In this document: positions 46,740 through 56,959 of the stretch, piece by piece
Layout of the letters: the number at the start of each line of letters is the position of its first letter
Numbering within the stretch: the stretch's first letter is position 1
Assembly: GCA_049583675.1 (NCBI GenBank)
Contig: JBAUWG010000037.1
Location: 1 to 57,098, forward strand
Direction of reading: 5' to 3'
DNA: 57,098 nucleotides
Source: Desulfobacterales bacterium
Lineage (GTDB): Bacteria; Desulfobacterota; Desulfobacteria; Desulfobacterales; UBA11574
Position numbers and translations under genes: made by a program
The notes under the pieces: generated by a model
Told to the model about the DNA's origin: nothing
What the model saw: the letters and a program-made list of their open reading frames with translations, nothing else
Database searches by the model: none

Positions 46740-48887
46740 ATGGTTTGGCGATCAATATCCGGAAAAAAATCCATCCATAGTCTCATCATCGGGATATCAG
46801 GGGCTGTTGTCGCATTGTTGCTTTGGCGTTTCGGCTGGCTCGAAATCTGGGAAAATAAAACATGGGATTTTCGGGCTTCGGTCATGGCCAAACCGGGAAA
46901 AGCCACGGACAATATCAGACTGATCCTGCTGGACCAGAACAGTCTTGACTGGGCCAAGAACGAAAACGGCTGGAACTGGCCATGGCCCAGAGAGGTTTAC
47001 AGCGCCATATTAGATTATTGTCACAGAAACGGGGCCAAAGCCGTGGCATTCGACGTGCTCTTTACTGAGCCGTCTATCTACGGCAACGAGGACGATGCTG
47101 CTTTGGGCAGGGCCATCGCCAAGTGCGGGCATTTTGCAGGTGCTGTTTTTTTGGGAAAAAAAACCGGCAATGACAAAAAATGGCCGCCTGAAATCCCGGC
47201 ACCTGAGTTCAAGGTTATCGGACTGGATAAGTGGCTGAATTCGACAAATTCCGGGAATATTATATTTCACCGGGCAACCATGCCCATCCAAGCGATCGCT
47301 TTAAACGCCGCCGTTCTGAGCAATGTCCATCTCGAACCTGATCCGGACGGTATCTACCGGAGCATTAATCTCTTTTGTGTCTTTGACCAAAAAATCCTGC
47401 CGACTCTTGGGCTCGGGACATACCTGGCAGCGAACCCAAGGGTTCAGATGAAAATTAAGCCCGGCCGACTCATGATTGACAAAAGAGTTATACCCATCGA
47501 TCGGCAAGGCTACACGGTTTTAAACTATCGGGGAATTTCCGGCACACACAAGGCTTTCAGCGCAGCCGCTGTGATTCAATCCGAATTACGCATCCTTAAG
47601 GGTGAAACCCCGACGATCCGCGACACGAATGCCTTCAAGGGCAAATACGTGTTCTTCGGCTTCTCTGCTCCCGGTCTGTATGATCTTCGTTCCTCTCCGG
47701 TTGATGGTGTTTATCCCGGAGTGGAAATTCAGGCCACATTACTGGACAACTTTCTTTCCAATGATTTTATGCGCCGATCTACGGCGTGGCTGACGATAAC
47801 TGTTGTTTTTTTTCTGGCGCTTGCCTGCGCGATCTCAGCCGCCATCTTCAGCAGCCCCGTGGGAAGCGTGTCGGTCGGTATTGTTTTTTTCTCTATTCCG
47901 ATACTTGTTTCCTTTGGTTCATACCTTCAGGATCTATGGTTCCCATTGGTTGTTCAGGAAATATCCGTTACATTCACCATCGCTTTGGCCCTTGTCGTCA
48001 ACTATGCCACCGAGGGAAGGCAAAAACGGTTTATCAAAAATGCCTTTCAACAATACCTCAGTTCGGCGGTTATCGAGCAGCTCATCCAGCACCCGGAACG
48101 CCTCAAGCTGGGCGGTGAACGTAAAGTTCTTTCCATCTTTTTTTCAGATCTCCAGGGATTTACCTCAATTTCCGAAGGTTTGGATCCCAAGGATCTGACT
48201 GCCCTTTTAAACGACTATCTTTCGGCAATGACCAACATCATTCATGAAGAGGGCGGTACCGTCGACAAATATGAGGGAGACGCCATTATCGCTTTCTGGA
48301 ATGCGCCGTTGGAAGTGCCGGATCACGCTGTTAGGGCCGTTCGAGCGGCAATGCGATGTCAGGAGGTTCTTGCCAAAATGCGTCCGGGATTCAAGGAACG
48401 GATCGGAAAGGAAATGTTCATGCGTATCGGCATTAACACCGGTCCCGCCATTGTGGGCAACCTGGGTTCGGATACCAGGTTTGACTACAGCATGATCGGT
48501 GATGCGGTGAATTTGGCATCACGGCTGGAAGGCGCAAATAAACAGTTCGGTACCCATACCATGATTTCCCAGTTCACGCGGGATATGCTGGGAGATATTC
48601 CGGTAGTCAGAGAGCTTGCACGAATAGCCGTGGTCGGCCGCAGGGAACCGGTCGTCGTTTACGAACCCATGGCGGACGAGGAATATAACGCCCGAAAAGA
48701 TATTCTGGAAACTTTTTCCCAAGGCTTACGGCTGTTTTACAACGGCAATTTCTCTCAGGCGCTGGAAATATTTTCAACCGTTCAAGAACTTGATACGCCT
48801 GCGGCGGCTTACGCAAAAAAATGCCGGACAATGATGGAAACGCCGCCGGATAAGTGGCAGGGAGTTTGGGTTATGGACAGCAAGTAA
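46740..48887 (+). CDS. CHASE2 sensor domain-containing class III adenylate/guanylate cyclase
   Basis: 715 aa. N-terminal TM, a periplasmic CHASE2-type domain of about 300 aa, three TMs, then the cyclase catalytic domain (VLSIFFSDLQGFTSISE, GGTVDKYEGDAIIAFWNAP, IGINTGPAIVGNLGS, GDAVNLASRLE). Confidence 0.85.
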   Translation: MVWRSISGKKSIHSLIIGISGAVVALLLWRFGWLEIWENKTWDFRASVMAKPGKATDNIRLILLDQNSLDWAKNENGWNWPWPREVYSAILDYCHRNGAKAVAFDVLFTEPSIYGNEDDAALGRAIAKCGHFAGAVFLGKKTGNDKKWPPEIPAPEFKVIGLDKWLNSTNSGNIIFHRATMPIQAIALNAAVLSNVHLEPDPDGIYRSINLFCVFDQKILPTLGLGTYLAANPRVQMKIKPGRLMIDKRVIPIDRQGYTVLNYRGISGTHKAFSAAAVIQSELRILKGETPTIRDTNAFKGKYVFFGFSAPGLYDLRSSPVDGVYPGVEIQATLLDNFLSNDFMRRSTAWLTITVVFFLALACAISAAIFSSPVGSVSVGIVFFSIPILVSFGSYLQDLWFPLVVQEISVTFTIALALVVNYATEGRQKRFIKNAFQQYLSSAVIEQLIQHPERLKLGGERKVLSIFFSDLQGFTSISEGLDPKDLTALLNDYLSAMTNIIHEEGGTVDKYEGDAIIAFWNAPLEVPDHAVRAVRAAMRCQEVLAKMRPGFKERIGKEMFMRIGINTGPAIVGNLGSDTRFDYSMIGDAVNLASRLEGANKQFGTHTMISQFTRDMLGDIPVVRELARIAVVGRREPVVVYEPMADEEYNARKDILETFSQGLRLFYNGNFSQALEIFSTVQELDTPAAAYAKKCRTMMETPPDKWQGVWVMDSK

Positions 48888-49031
48888 ACAGCTTTCATGT
48901 TTTTAGTCTGAAATGTTGCAAATTCATATTTAGTGGTAATAGTTAAGAGGTGGATGTATAGGACACAACATCAGGGTCGGCTTTTCGCAAAAACGACTTT
49001 TTTATATTTAATGAATATTGGAGGATAATCT

Positions 49032-49709
49032 ATGGCCTTTGAAACCAAAGAGCAAGTCTTGGAAAAAGTACTCAGTCAGGAAAAACCTCTGTGTCCGCAC
49101 TGCGGTGCCGCGATGACGATATGGGAGGTTCCTCCTTTTGATTTTGCCGACGGTCTTGGCTGGGGAACCCCTTACCTGTTTGTTTGTTTCAACGACGAAT
49201 GTTCTCTCTATGCCCAGGGATGGAAGAATATGCAGGAAAATTATGCCCAATGTGCATCTTACCGCTGTATTAACTATCCGGGCACAGAGCAGTTTCAATG
49301 CATACCCGTATTCAGCCCGATGGGAGGAACGGGACAAATCGTTGATGAACAGGTTTTGGTCGAGCAGGAAATGTTAAAAGAAAGAACCAAGATGGGGTTT
49401 TCCATTCTTGCGGACGCCTATGTATCCAAAGATTCTGTTACGGTGGTCACGCTGCTCCTCGACGGCTCCCAGCCCCAGCGGGTTCGGTTAAAAGCAGCGG
49501 AAATGGTCGGCGATATCGGAGAGATTGAAGCCATAGAGCCCATAAAGAGCGCCAAATTCGAGAATAAACTTGTTCAGGAACAGGTTGATGCGTCCGTGAA
49601 AAAGATTCATGAGCGGCATTTCACCCGCGAATGCCCTTTTTGTGCGGAAATCATAAAAAAGAGAGCAAAAATCTGTAAACACTGCGGGCAAGATGTCGCA
49701 GGAAAATAA
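49032..49709 (+). CDS. Hypothetical protein with N- and C-terminal zinc-ribbon-like motifs and central HEAT-like repeat
   Basis: 225 aa, SD GGAGGA. CPHCG...CFNDEC near the N-terminus. HEAT-like RVRLKAAEMVGDIGEIEAIEPI. C-terminal CPFCAEIIKKRAKICKHCG. No family recognised. Confidence 0.55.
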   Translation: MAFETKEQVLEKVLSQEKPLCPHCGAAMTIWEVPPFDFADGLGWGTPYLFVCFNDECSLYAQGWKNMQENYAQCASYRCINYPGTEQFQCIPVFSPMGGTGQIVDEQVLVEQEMLKERTKMGFSILADAYVSKDSVTVVTLLLDGSQPQRVRLKAAEMVGDIGEIEAIEPIKSAKFENKLVQEQVDASVKKIHERHFTRECPFCAEIIKKRAKICKHCGQDVAGK

Positions 49710-49760
49710 CAATCAGAATGTCATCGCTTAAATTTGTACAATGAATCGCTTCAGACAGCA

Positions 49761-50126
49761 TTAAAATTTTTCAATTTTTATTCTTTTTGCATCGATCCAG
49801 AGGCCTTCAAGGTCGTAGAAAGTGCGAACCGGTTCATAAAAAACGTGAATGACCACATGACCGTAATCCAGTAAAACCCAGTGACCTTCTTTTTTACCCT
49901 CGACACTCAGCGGCTTTATACCATGTTTTTTCAATTTTACCTGAATGTCATCCGCGATGGCTAAGACCTGACGGTTGGAACGGCCGCTGCAGACAATAAA
50001 AACATCCGAAACAGACGTTAATCCCCGGACATCAAGAACCACCGGATTCATTGCTTTTTTCCCCAAAACAGCTTGGATATAAAGATCAAGAGCGGTGTCC
50101 GGAGGAAAGTTGGGCGTTTCCGTCAT
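49761..50126 (-). CDS. rsfS: Ribosome silencing factor RsfS
   Basis: 121 aa. Iojap/RsfS signature HWVLLDYGHVVIHVFYEPVRTFYDLEGLW. 4-nt overlap with nadD. Confidence 0.9.
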   Translation of the reverse strand: MTETPNFPPDTALDLYIQAVLGKKAMNPVVLDVRGLTSVSDVFIVCSGRSNRQVLAIADDIQVKLKKHGIKPLSVEGKKEGHWVLLDYGHVVIHVFYEPVRTFYDLEGLWIDAKRIKIEKF

Positions 50127-50824
50127 AGATAAAGTCCTTTGGTTTTTATATAATCCTCAATAATTTCAGGTACCAGATGCTTGATCGAAACCCCTTTTTT
50201 GATATATTCGCGAATGGTTGTTGACGAAATATCTATGGGCGAGACATCGAAAACAAAAATCGGTTGTTTTCTATCATGAACGTAGGTCGATTGAGAAGCG
50301 GAAAACGCATATCCTTTCGAAATTCTGGACCGGAGAAAATTTCCTAGAACATCACCTCGGGATGTTTTTTCGTCTTTTCCTGCAACGGTTCGGGATATTA
50401 CGATAAAAGGGATTAACAGGAAAAGATCTTTATAAGATTTCCAGGTGTCTATCTCCAAAAAGGCATCCAGCCCCATGATGAGATAAAGCTTCGTGCTTTC
50501 GGGCAGTATCGACCTGAAATATCGAACCGTATCAATCGTATATGAAAGCCCTGTGCGTTTCAGTTCCACCTCGGAAATCACGAAATCCGGATCGCTTAAA
50601 AATGCGAGCCGGATCATTTCAAGGCGATCTTCGGCATCTACCACGGTGTTCTGGTTTTTATGGGGGGGCAGTGCTGAAGGAATAATCAGTATTTCGTCCA
50701 GATTAAAACCCGATTTCACTTCCCGAATAACCTGGACATGTCCTAAATGAACCGGATTGAATGTACCTCCGAAAAGTCCTATCTGTTTCAAAATTCCCGT
50801 TTTTCCCAATATTCCAATATTCAA
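50123..50824 (-). CDS. nadD: Nicotinate-nucleotide adenylyltransferase
   Basis: GLFGGTFNPVHLGH motif. The tracked start is TTG 50824. A later in-frame TTG at 50791, giving MKQIGLFGG, is equally plausible. Confidence 0.9.
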   Translation of the reverse strand: MNIGILGKTGILKQIGLFGGTFNPVHLGHVQVIREVKSGFNLDEILIIPSALPPHKNQNTVVDAEDRLEMIRLAFLSDPDFVISEVELKRTGLSYTIDTVRYFRSILPESTKLYLIMGLDAFLEIDTWKSYKDLFLLIPFIVISRTVAGKDEKTSRGDVLGNFLRSRISKGYAFSASQSTYVHDRKQPIFVFDVSPIDISSTTIREYIKKGVSIKHLVPEIIEDYIKTKGLYL

Positions 50825-50909
50825 GCCATATGCAATGTGATTATCATCATTTCCCTGTGGGGTGAACCCAAAACCAGGTCCTTTAAATCAGGATCGTTAT
50901 TAGGCCGGA

Positions 50910-52166
50910 TTAGGATCTTATCTGCCCGTCTCCAAAGACAACAAACTTTGTGGTGGTGAGTTCCTCTACCCCCATAGGACCAAAGGCATGGAGCTTTGAA
51001 GTGCTGATGCCGATTTCGGCGCCGAGCCCAAGCTCACCGCCGTCGTTGAAGCGTGTGGAGGCATTGACGAGCACCACCGAAGAATCGACTTCGCGGACGA
51101 AACGTTTGGCCCGTTTGTAATCGCGTGTAACAATGGCTTCCGTATGTTTTGAACCATATGCTGAAATGTGGGAAATAGCCTGATCCATATCCTCGACCAC
51201 CCGGACGGCCAGGACAAGATCGAGATATTCTTCAGGCCAGTCCGCTTGGTCTGCTTTTTTTATGTCCGTCAGGATGCTGCATGTTTCAGGACACCCCCTG
51301 ATTTCGACGCCTGCACGGATGAGTCGTCTTGCCATTTTCGGCAAAAAGTCACGGGCAATGGATCGATGCACAAGCAGTGTTTCCATGGCATTGCAAACCC
51401 CCGGGCGCTGCACCTTGGCATTGAAGCAAATTTCTTCGGCCATATCCAGGTCTGCGCCTTCGTCCACATACACATGACACACCCCTTTGTAATGTTTCAG
51501 TACCGGTATGGTGGAATGTGCTACGACGAAACGGATCAAACCTTCTCCGCCGCGGGGAATAATCAGGTCGATGAATTCTTCCTGGTTGAGTAAAATGTTG
51601 ACCGCTTCCCGATCTCTGACAGGAACGATTTGAACGGCGCTTTCAGGAAGGCCGCATTCACTGAGAGCCTGTCCGATAATTTGGGCAAGGGTCTGGTTCG
51701 AATAAAGGGCCTCGGAACCACCTCTTAAGATGACGGCATTGCCGGCTTTGAGGCAGAGACCGGCGGCATCGATGGTGACATTGGGCCGTGATTCGTAAAT
51801 GATACCGATCACGCCAATGGGGATGCGCATTTTTGTGACTTCCAAACCATTGGGTCTTAACCATGTTTTATCGAAAGCGCCCACAGGGTCATTGAGGCCC
51901 GCCACTTCCCGCAGGCCTTTGGCCATGGATTCAATGGTTGCATCCGACACCGCGAGCCGGTCGATCATGGCATGGGAAAGACCTATTTCTTTGGCCCGGT
52001 CAAGGTCCTGCTGGTTGGCTTTTTTGATCGTGGATGCGGCATGTTCTATCTTATCGGCCATGACCAGCAGCGCGGCGTTTTTCCGGTTTGAACCGCACCT
52101 GGCCATTTCCGAGGCAGCCGCCCGGGCAGCTTTGGCCATGTTTACGATCGTTGTTTCGATGGTCAT
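50910..52166 (-). CDS. proA: Glutamate-5-semialdehyde dehydrogenase
   Basis: 418 aa, aldehyde dehydrogenase fold. Typical ProA segments ([47 protein letters not shown]). Confidence 0.92.
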   Translation of the reverse strand: MTIETTIVNMAKAARAAASEMARCGSNRKNAALLVMADKIEHAASTIKKANQQDLDRAKEIGLSHAMIDRLAVSDATIESMAKGLREVAGLNDPVGAFDKTWLRPNGLEVTKMRIPIGVIGIIYESRPNVTIDAAGLCLKAGNAVILRGGSEALYSNQTLAQIIGQALSECGLPESAVQIVPVRDREAVNILLNQEEFIDLIIPRGGEGLIRFVVAHSTIPVLKHYKGVCHVYVDEGADLDMAEEICFNAKVQRPGVCNAMETLLVHRSIARDFLPKMARRLIRAGVEIRGCPETCSILTDIKKADQADWPEEYLDLVLAVRVVEDMDQAISHISAYGSKHTEAIVTRDYKRAKRFVREVDSSVVLVNASTRFNDGGELGLGAEIGISTSKLHAFGPMGVEELTTTKFVVFGDGQIRS

Positions 52167-52281
52167 TATATGTCCTCTTTCAGGGTCAAAAGCACGTCAG
52201 CGATTTCAACGTTGAACTTGCATCAGGGTGCAAAGCACCCGGTTTGTTTTGCAAGCATCAAAAACCCTCAACTGACGGTCA

Positions 52282-53427
52282 TCACATACCACATTCCGCA
52301 GTGACCACCAGGTTGTCCCGATGAATCACATCGTCAAAGGGTTTATGCCCCAGACGGTTTTGAATCTGGTTCGATTGAAGTCCCATGATTTTTCGAATAT
52401 CCCCGGAACTGTAATTTACGAGACCGATCCCCAATATTCCCTTATCCGTTTTTTTAAATTGAACCGCAGCGCCGATGCCAAATTCACCTTTTACATCCAC
52501 AATGCCGCTCGGCAGGAGACTCTTGCCTCTGTTAAGGATTGCGGCGGCGGCTCCATCATCGATTAAGATAACGCCTTTGGGTTTCAAAGTGAAAGCGATC
52601 CAGCACTTCCGGCTTTTGAGCTTTTTCTTTTTTGGCGCAAAAAATGTTCCGATTGCTTTACCTGAGAAAAGCTTTTTTAAGATATCCGCTGTGCCGCCGT
52701 TTGCGATGACCATCGGGATTCCCGCAGCGGTAACCTTTTTGGCTGCATTTATTTTGCTGAGCATGCCGCCGGTGCCCAGCGCGCCCGGGATGCCGCCGGC
52801 AACCTTTTTAATATCTTCCCCGATTGCGGATACCAGGGGAATAAAATCGGCGTCGGCGCTTGTGTGGGGATTTCTCGTGTAAAGGCCGTCGATATCGGTC
52901 AGGTTGATGAGAACATCTGCATCCATCAACAGCGTAATCATGGCCGCAAGATTATCGTTGTCTCCGAATTGAATTTCTTCCACCATCACCGTGTCATTTT
53001 CATTGATAATGGGAACCACCTGCCATGACAACAGCATGCATAGGGTATTTCGGGCATTCAGATATCGCCTGCGGTTATTGAGGTCTTCGCCGGTCAAAAG
53101 GATCTGGGCGACCTTTTTATGATATCGGGCGAAGGCCTTTTCATATTCCATGATGAGTCCGGCCTGTCCCACGGCAGCCACGGCCTGACGTTTGGGGATT
53201 TCTTCAGGTCGTTTGTCAAGGCCTATTTTTTTAACGCCCGAAGCCATGGCCCCGGAAGAGACCAGAATAATCTGGATCCCGGCGTCGATCAAGCCGCAGA
53301 TTTGCCGGCTGATGGAGCGCATGACGCTTAAGTTCAATCCGTGATCCTGGGTTAAGACATTGCTGCCGACTTTTACCACCACCCGTTTGGCAGTATCAAA
53401 AATCAATGTTCGATTCTCATTCATCAT
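52282..53427 (-). CDS. proB: Glutamate 5-kinase (with PUA domain)
   Basis: 381 aa. Amino-acid kinase fold (RVVVKVGSNVLT, INENDTV, FGDNDNLAA) and a C-terminal PUA domain. 11-nt overlap with the obg end. Confidence 0.92.
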   Translation of the reverse strand: MMNENRTLIFDTAKRVVVKVGSNVLTQDHGLNLSVMRSISRQICGLIDAGIQIILVSSGAMASGVKKIGLDKRPEEIPKRQAVAAVGQAGLIMEYEKAFARYHKKVAQILLTGEDLNNRRRYLNARNTLCMLLSWQVVPIINENDTVMVEEIQFGDNDNLAAMITLLMDADVLINLTDIDGLYTRNPHTSADADFIPLVSAIGEDIKKVAGGIPGALGTGGMLSKINAAKKVTAAGIPMVIANGGTADILKKLFSGKAIGTFFAPKKKKLKSRKCWIAFTLKPKGVILIDDGAAAAILNRGKSLLPSGIVDVKGEFGIGAAVQFKKTDKGILGIGLVNYSSGDIRKIMGLQSNQIQNRLGHKPFDDVIHRDNLVVTAECGM

Positions 53428-54418
53428 CGCGGTTCAACCACTGAACAATTTGAGAGGTTAAATCCGAAAGCCCTTGACCGGTCAGCGCAGATATTAAGAT
53501 TATTTTTTTCTCCTTTAGCGCGGATTGAAAAACTCCGGCCCATTGGCGGGCTTCCGGCAGATCCAGCTTGTTGAGTACAACAATCTGAGGCTTTTGTGCA
53601 AGTTTTTCATCGTACATGGCAAGCTCATGGTTGATGATATGATATCCGGAAAGCGGATGGTCAGGATCAACGTCGGAAGCATCGATAAGGTGAACCAGGA
53701 CTCGGGTGCGTTCGATGTGCCTGAGAAATTTAATGCCGAGCCCGGTGCCTTGATGTGCCCCTTTGATTAATCCCGGGATGTCGGCGACAACAAAAGGTTC
53801 CGCCCTATCGGTTCGAACCACACCCAGACTCGGGGTCAACGTGGTAAACGGGTAATTGCCGATCTTGGGCCGGGCGGATGAAATAGCGGCAATGAGCGTG
53901 GATTTGCCGGCATTGGGAAGACCGATAATACCGACATCGGCCAAGATCTTAAGTTCGAGTTTTAAGGTTTGGGTTTCACCGGATTCGCCGGGCTGGGCAA
54001 ATCGGGGGGTTCGATGTGTGGATGACTTAAATTTGGTATTGCCCTGACCGCCTCTACCGCCTTTTAAAAGGACAAATGTTTCGCCGGTGTCGACGAGATC
54101 TTTGATAAGACGTCCGGAATTTGCATCAATCACTAAGGTTCCGGGAGGAAGCTCAATGATGAGGTTTTGACCGTTTTTACCGGTTTTTTTCTTGCCCTGG
54201 CCGTTGGCGCCGTTTTCGGCTTTGAAATGACTCTGATATCTAAAGTGGTAGAGGGTGCGTTTCCTGGATGTCGTTTCTAAAATAATATCGCCCCCCTTGC
54301 CGCCGTCGCCGCCGTCCGGTCCCCCGCGGGGCACAAATTTTTCTCGCCTGAAGCTGACACACCCCTTGCCGCCGTTGCCGGACCGCACGGTAATCATGGC
54401 TTCATCAATAAATTTCAC
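53417..54418 (-). CDS. obg: GTPase Obg/CgtA
   Basis: Obg fold N-terminus [44 protein letters not shown] motifs [15 protein letters not shown] and NKLD. Confidence 0.92.
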   Translation of the reverse strand: MKFIDEAMITVRSGNGGKGCVSFRREKFVPRGGPDGGDGGKGGDIILETTSRKRTLYHFRYQSHFKAENGANGQGKKKTGKNGQNLIIELPPGTLVIDANSGRLIKDLVDTGETFVLLKGGRGGQGNTKFKSSTHRTPRFAQPGESGETQTLKLELKILADVGIIGLPNAGKSTLIAAISSARPKIGNYPFTTLTPSLGVVRTDRAEPFVVADIPGLIKGAHQGTGLGIKFLRHIERTRVLVHLIDASDVDPDHPLSGYHIINHELAMYDEKLAQKPQIVVLNKLDLPEARQWAGVFQSALKEKKIILISALTGQGLSDLTSQIVQWLNRDDE

Positions 54419-54669
54419 TCTGTATAAACACTTACTCTTTTTCGAGAACGACCCAGTCTTTCATATGTGACAACACCATCTGCCTTGGCAAATAGGGTGT
54501 AGTCCTTTCCCATTCCGACATTTTCGCCGGGATGAATTTTTGTTCCCAATTGACGGACAAGAATACTGCCGGCTCTTACGGTTTGGCCGCCGTATCGTTT
54601 GACACCCCGGCGCTGGCCATGACTGTCTCGTCCGTTTCTAGAGCTGCCGCCTGCTTTTTTGTGTGCCAT
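54415..54669 (-). CDS. rpmA: 50S ribosomal protein L27
   Basis: 84 aa, [29 protein letters not shown]... 4-nt overlap with the obg start. Confidence 0.95.
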   Translation of the reverse strand: MAHKKAGGSSRNGRDSHGQRRGVKRYGGQTVRAGSILVRQLGTKIHPGENVGMGKDYTLFAKADGVVTYERLGRSRKRVSVYTE

Positions 54670-54763
54670 TTCTGAACTCCTTATCTTTAGGCACTTTAAA
54701 CTTTTGCCTACAAAGAATGAATAAACCCGATTACATACGATACCATAATTAAAAATACGTGTA

Positions 54764-55075
54764 CTAAGCTTCGATTTGATCTATTTTGATCGCCGTATAT
54801 TGCTGCCGGTGGCCTTGCTTGCGTCGATATCTTTTGCGTCGCTTGTATTTGAAAACGATGATTTTTTTCCCTTTGCCCTGTTCAACGATATGTCCCTTTA
54901 CTGTCACATCGTCGAGAGCCGGCCGGCCGATCCGGATATTTTCGCCGTCTGAAAACATCAACACCCGGTCCAGTGCAATCGGATTATTGAGATCTCCCGG
55001 GATTTTTTCGACCCGAATGATATCCCCCTCATGTATTTTATATTGCTTTCCACCGGTTTTAACGATAGCGTACAT
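54764..55075 (-). CDS. rplU: 50S ribosomal protein L21
   Basis: ORF trimmed to the ATG at 55075 ([25 protein letters not shown]) with GAAGGAG upstream. The longer tracked ORF adds a non-homologous 36-aa extension. Confidence 0.93.
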   Translation of the reverse strand: MYAIVKTGGKQYKIHEGDIIRVEKIPGDLNNPIALDRVLMFSDGENIRIGRPALDDVTVKGHIVEQGKGKKIIVFKYKRRKRYRRKQGHRQQYTAIKIDQIEA

Positions 55076-55130
55076 TTTTTCAACTCCTTCTGGGGCGCCT
55101 GAATTCTGCCGCGATTTAATAAATTTTTTA

Positions 55131-55158
55131 TTTTTAGCTAATCCATATGATTTGTCAA
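55131..55158 (-). promoter_or_regulatory. Sigma-70-like promoter of rplU-rpmA-obg-proB operon
   Basis: Minus strand: TTGACA (55158-55153), 16 nt, TAAAAA (55136-55131). It lies about 55 nt upstream of the rplU ATG. Confidence 0.4.
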
Positions 55159-55334
55159 GATAAATTTTAGTTTCAATTTTCACATCCCAATTTTGTTCAT
55201 CACCTAAAAAAAATTCTCGACGTGAACCTCAGGATTGGCATTGCTGAACATTAAGCGTTTGAGAATGGCGCTTCAAGCTGTTGCTTCGCTGTTCCCGAAT
55301 CGAATGTGTTTGCCCAGGTAGGATCGTAATGGAG

Positions 55335-55362
55335 TTGACATTGAACGACGATCATGTAAAAT
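55335..55362 (+). promoter_or_regulatory. Near-consensus sigma-70 promoter about 170 nt upstream of fdhD
   Basis: TTGACA (55335-55340), 16 nt, TAAAAT (55357-55362). It implies a leader of about 165 nt. Confidence 0.5.
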
Positions 55363-55532
55363 CGCTCATCAGCCACAGAATGTTCAAATTAGTAGCGTAG
55401 TGATCCGGCTGCTGTGAAGATTTTTGGGCCCTCCGAGAAAAATGGCGAGGCCGCATGTTCTTTTTTTAACGGGAAAACACTCGAATAATAATCGTATAGG
55501 GCACAATTGGCAGAACCCATAAAGGAGATAAT
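55363..55532 (+). ncRNA. Long fdhD leader; candidate molybdenum/tungsten-cofactor (Moco-type) riboswitch
   Basis: The leader contains GGGCCCUCCGAG (about 55426-55437) and ends in CCCAUAAAGGAG, which covers the SD. From memory, these resemble the conserved CCUCCGAG and AAAGGA elements of the Moco RNA motif. The gene context (fdhD) fits. Not validated by a covariance model. Confidence 0.3.
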
Positions 55533-56333
55533 TTGTTGGAGGCATTCCTTGAGCATACGGTATTGTGTTGGGATCAGAATGCCCACGCATCTTCCAGACA
55601 CCGTCTCGTCGGTGAAGAGCCTTTATCGATTCGCGTTGAAGGAAAACCTTATGCCGTGGTGATGCGGACACCGGGAGATGAACTGGCACATGCCGCCGGG
55701 TTTTGTCTGGCCGAAGGGCTGGTGGATTCACCGGATGATGTGATCACGCTGTCCTGTTGCCACGGTGATGATGCCAATGTGGTCACCGTCACTTTGAAAA
55801 AATCAAGACGGGACAAGATTATCGACATTCTGGACCGGCGCGGATTTATCAGCCAGACCAGTTGCGGTATTTGTGGAAAAGAAATCGTAGAAGATCTTCA
55901 TCAGATCATCCAACCGCTAAAAGACAATACCCGTATGGACGTGGCTGAGGCCCTTAAGTGCCTTGAAAAACTTTCTCAGAACCAGCCTCTGCGGGACAAA
56001 ACCCGCGCATCTCACGCGGCTGCTCTATATACTTCCGATTTCAAGCTGTTATCCGTGGCTGAGGATGTGGGGCGGCACAACGCACTGGACAAAGCTGTCG
56101 GAAAGCTTTTTTTAGATGGCAGGCTTGATAAAGCCGCCTTGTTGACGCTTTCGTCACGCATCAGTTATGAACTGGTGCAAAAAGCGGCACGGGCTCAGAT
56201 TCCGGTAGTACTGGCATTTTCGCGCCCCACTTCACTGGCCGTGGAGCTGGCGTCGAAATTGAATATGACCCTGGCCTGTCTATCCCATCCCACAGGCCTA
56301 TATATTTATTGCGGAGAGCACCGGTTAAAATGA
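55533..56333 (+). CDS. fdhD: Formate dehydrogenase accessory sulfurtransferase FdhD
   Basis: 266 aa, non-ATG (TTG) start just after AAGGAGA. Conserved Cys loop [11 protein letters not shown] and the [11 protein letters not shown] motif. Confidence 0.85.
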   Translation: MLEAFLEHTVLCWDQNAHASSRHRLVGEEPLSIRVEGKPYAVVMRTPGDELAHAAGFCLAEGLVDSPDDVITLSCCHGDDANVVTVTLKKSRRDKIIDILDRRGFISQTSCGICGKEIVEDLHQIIQPLKDNTRMDVAEALKCLEKLSQNQPLRDKTRASHAAALYTSDFKLLSVAEDVGRHNALDKAVGKLFLDGRLDKAALLTLSSRISYELVQKAARAQIPVVLAFSRPTSLAVELASKLNMTLACLSHPTGLYIYCGEHRLK

Positions 56334-56386
56334 CAAATACAGATACAAGATTCAATAAAAACACAAAGTCCAAGCACCAAATTTCC

Positions 56387-56953
56387 ATGGATATGAAACA
56401 GGAGCTTGTCGAGATTATTTGCAGAAAATCGTTCAAATACACAAAAGAACCGAGCTTTAAGCTTGTTTCAGGCAGAATGAGTCAATTTTATGTGAACTGC
56501 AAGCCAACCACATTGAGTCCGAGAGGCATGTTTCTGGTGGGGCATCTGGTATTTGAAAATATCAAGGATTTGAAGCCTGACGGGATCGGCGGGCTGACAT
56601 TCGGAGCAGATCCCATGGCCATGGCCGTTGCATTTGTTTCAGAACTTAAACACAGCCCCATCAATGCGTTTTCCATACGCAAAACCAAAAAAGACCACGG
56701 CATCATCCGGTGGGTTGAAGGTGATGTGGCACCCGGACAGCGGGTGGTGATTATCGACGATGTTGCGACCACCGGCGGATCCACCATCAAAGCCATTGAG
56801 CGGGCGGGGTCGGAAGGGCTGGATGTGGTCAAAGCGGTTATCCTGGTCGACCGTCAGGAAGGAGGACTGGAAAATATCCGTAAACATGTCAGAGATGTTT
56901 CGGCAGTCATTACCCGGGATGAGCTGATGGGACAATACGGAAAAACGCATTAA
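56387..56953 (+). CDS. pyrE: Orotate phosphoribosyltransferase
   Basis: PRPP-binding motif [13 protein letters not shown]. Homology begins at [18 protein letters not shown] (ATG 56387 or 56393). The tracked TTG at 56309 would overlap fdhD. Confidence 0.88.
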   Translation: MDMKQELVEIICRKSFKYTKEPSFKLVSGRMSQFYVNCKPTTLSPRGMFLVGHLVFENIKDLKPDGIGGLTFGADPMAMAVAFVSELKHSPINAFSIRKTKKDHGIIRWVEGDVAPGQRVVIIDDVATTGGSTIKAIERAGSEGLDVVKAVILVDRQEGGLENIRKHVRDVSAVITRDELMGQYGKTH

Positions 56954-56959
56954 ACATAA

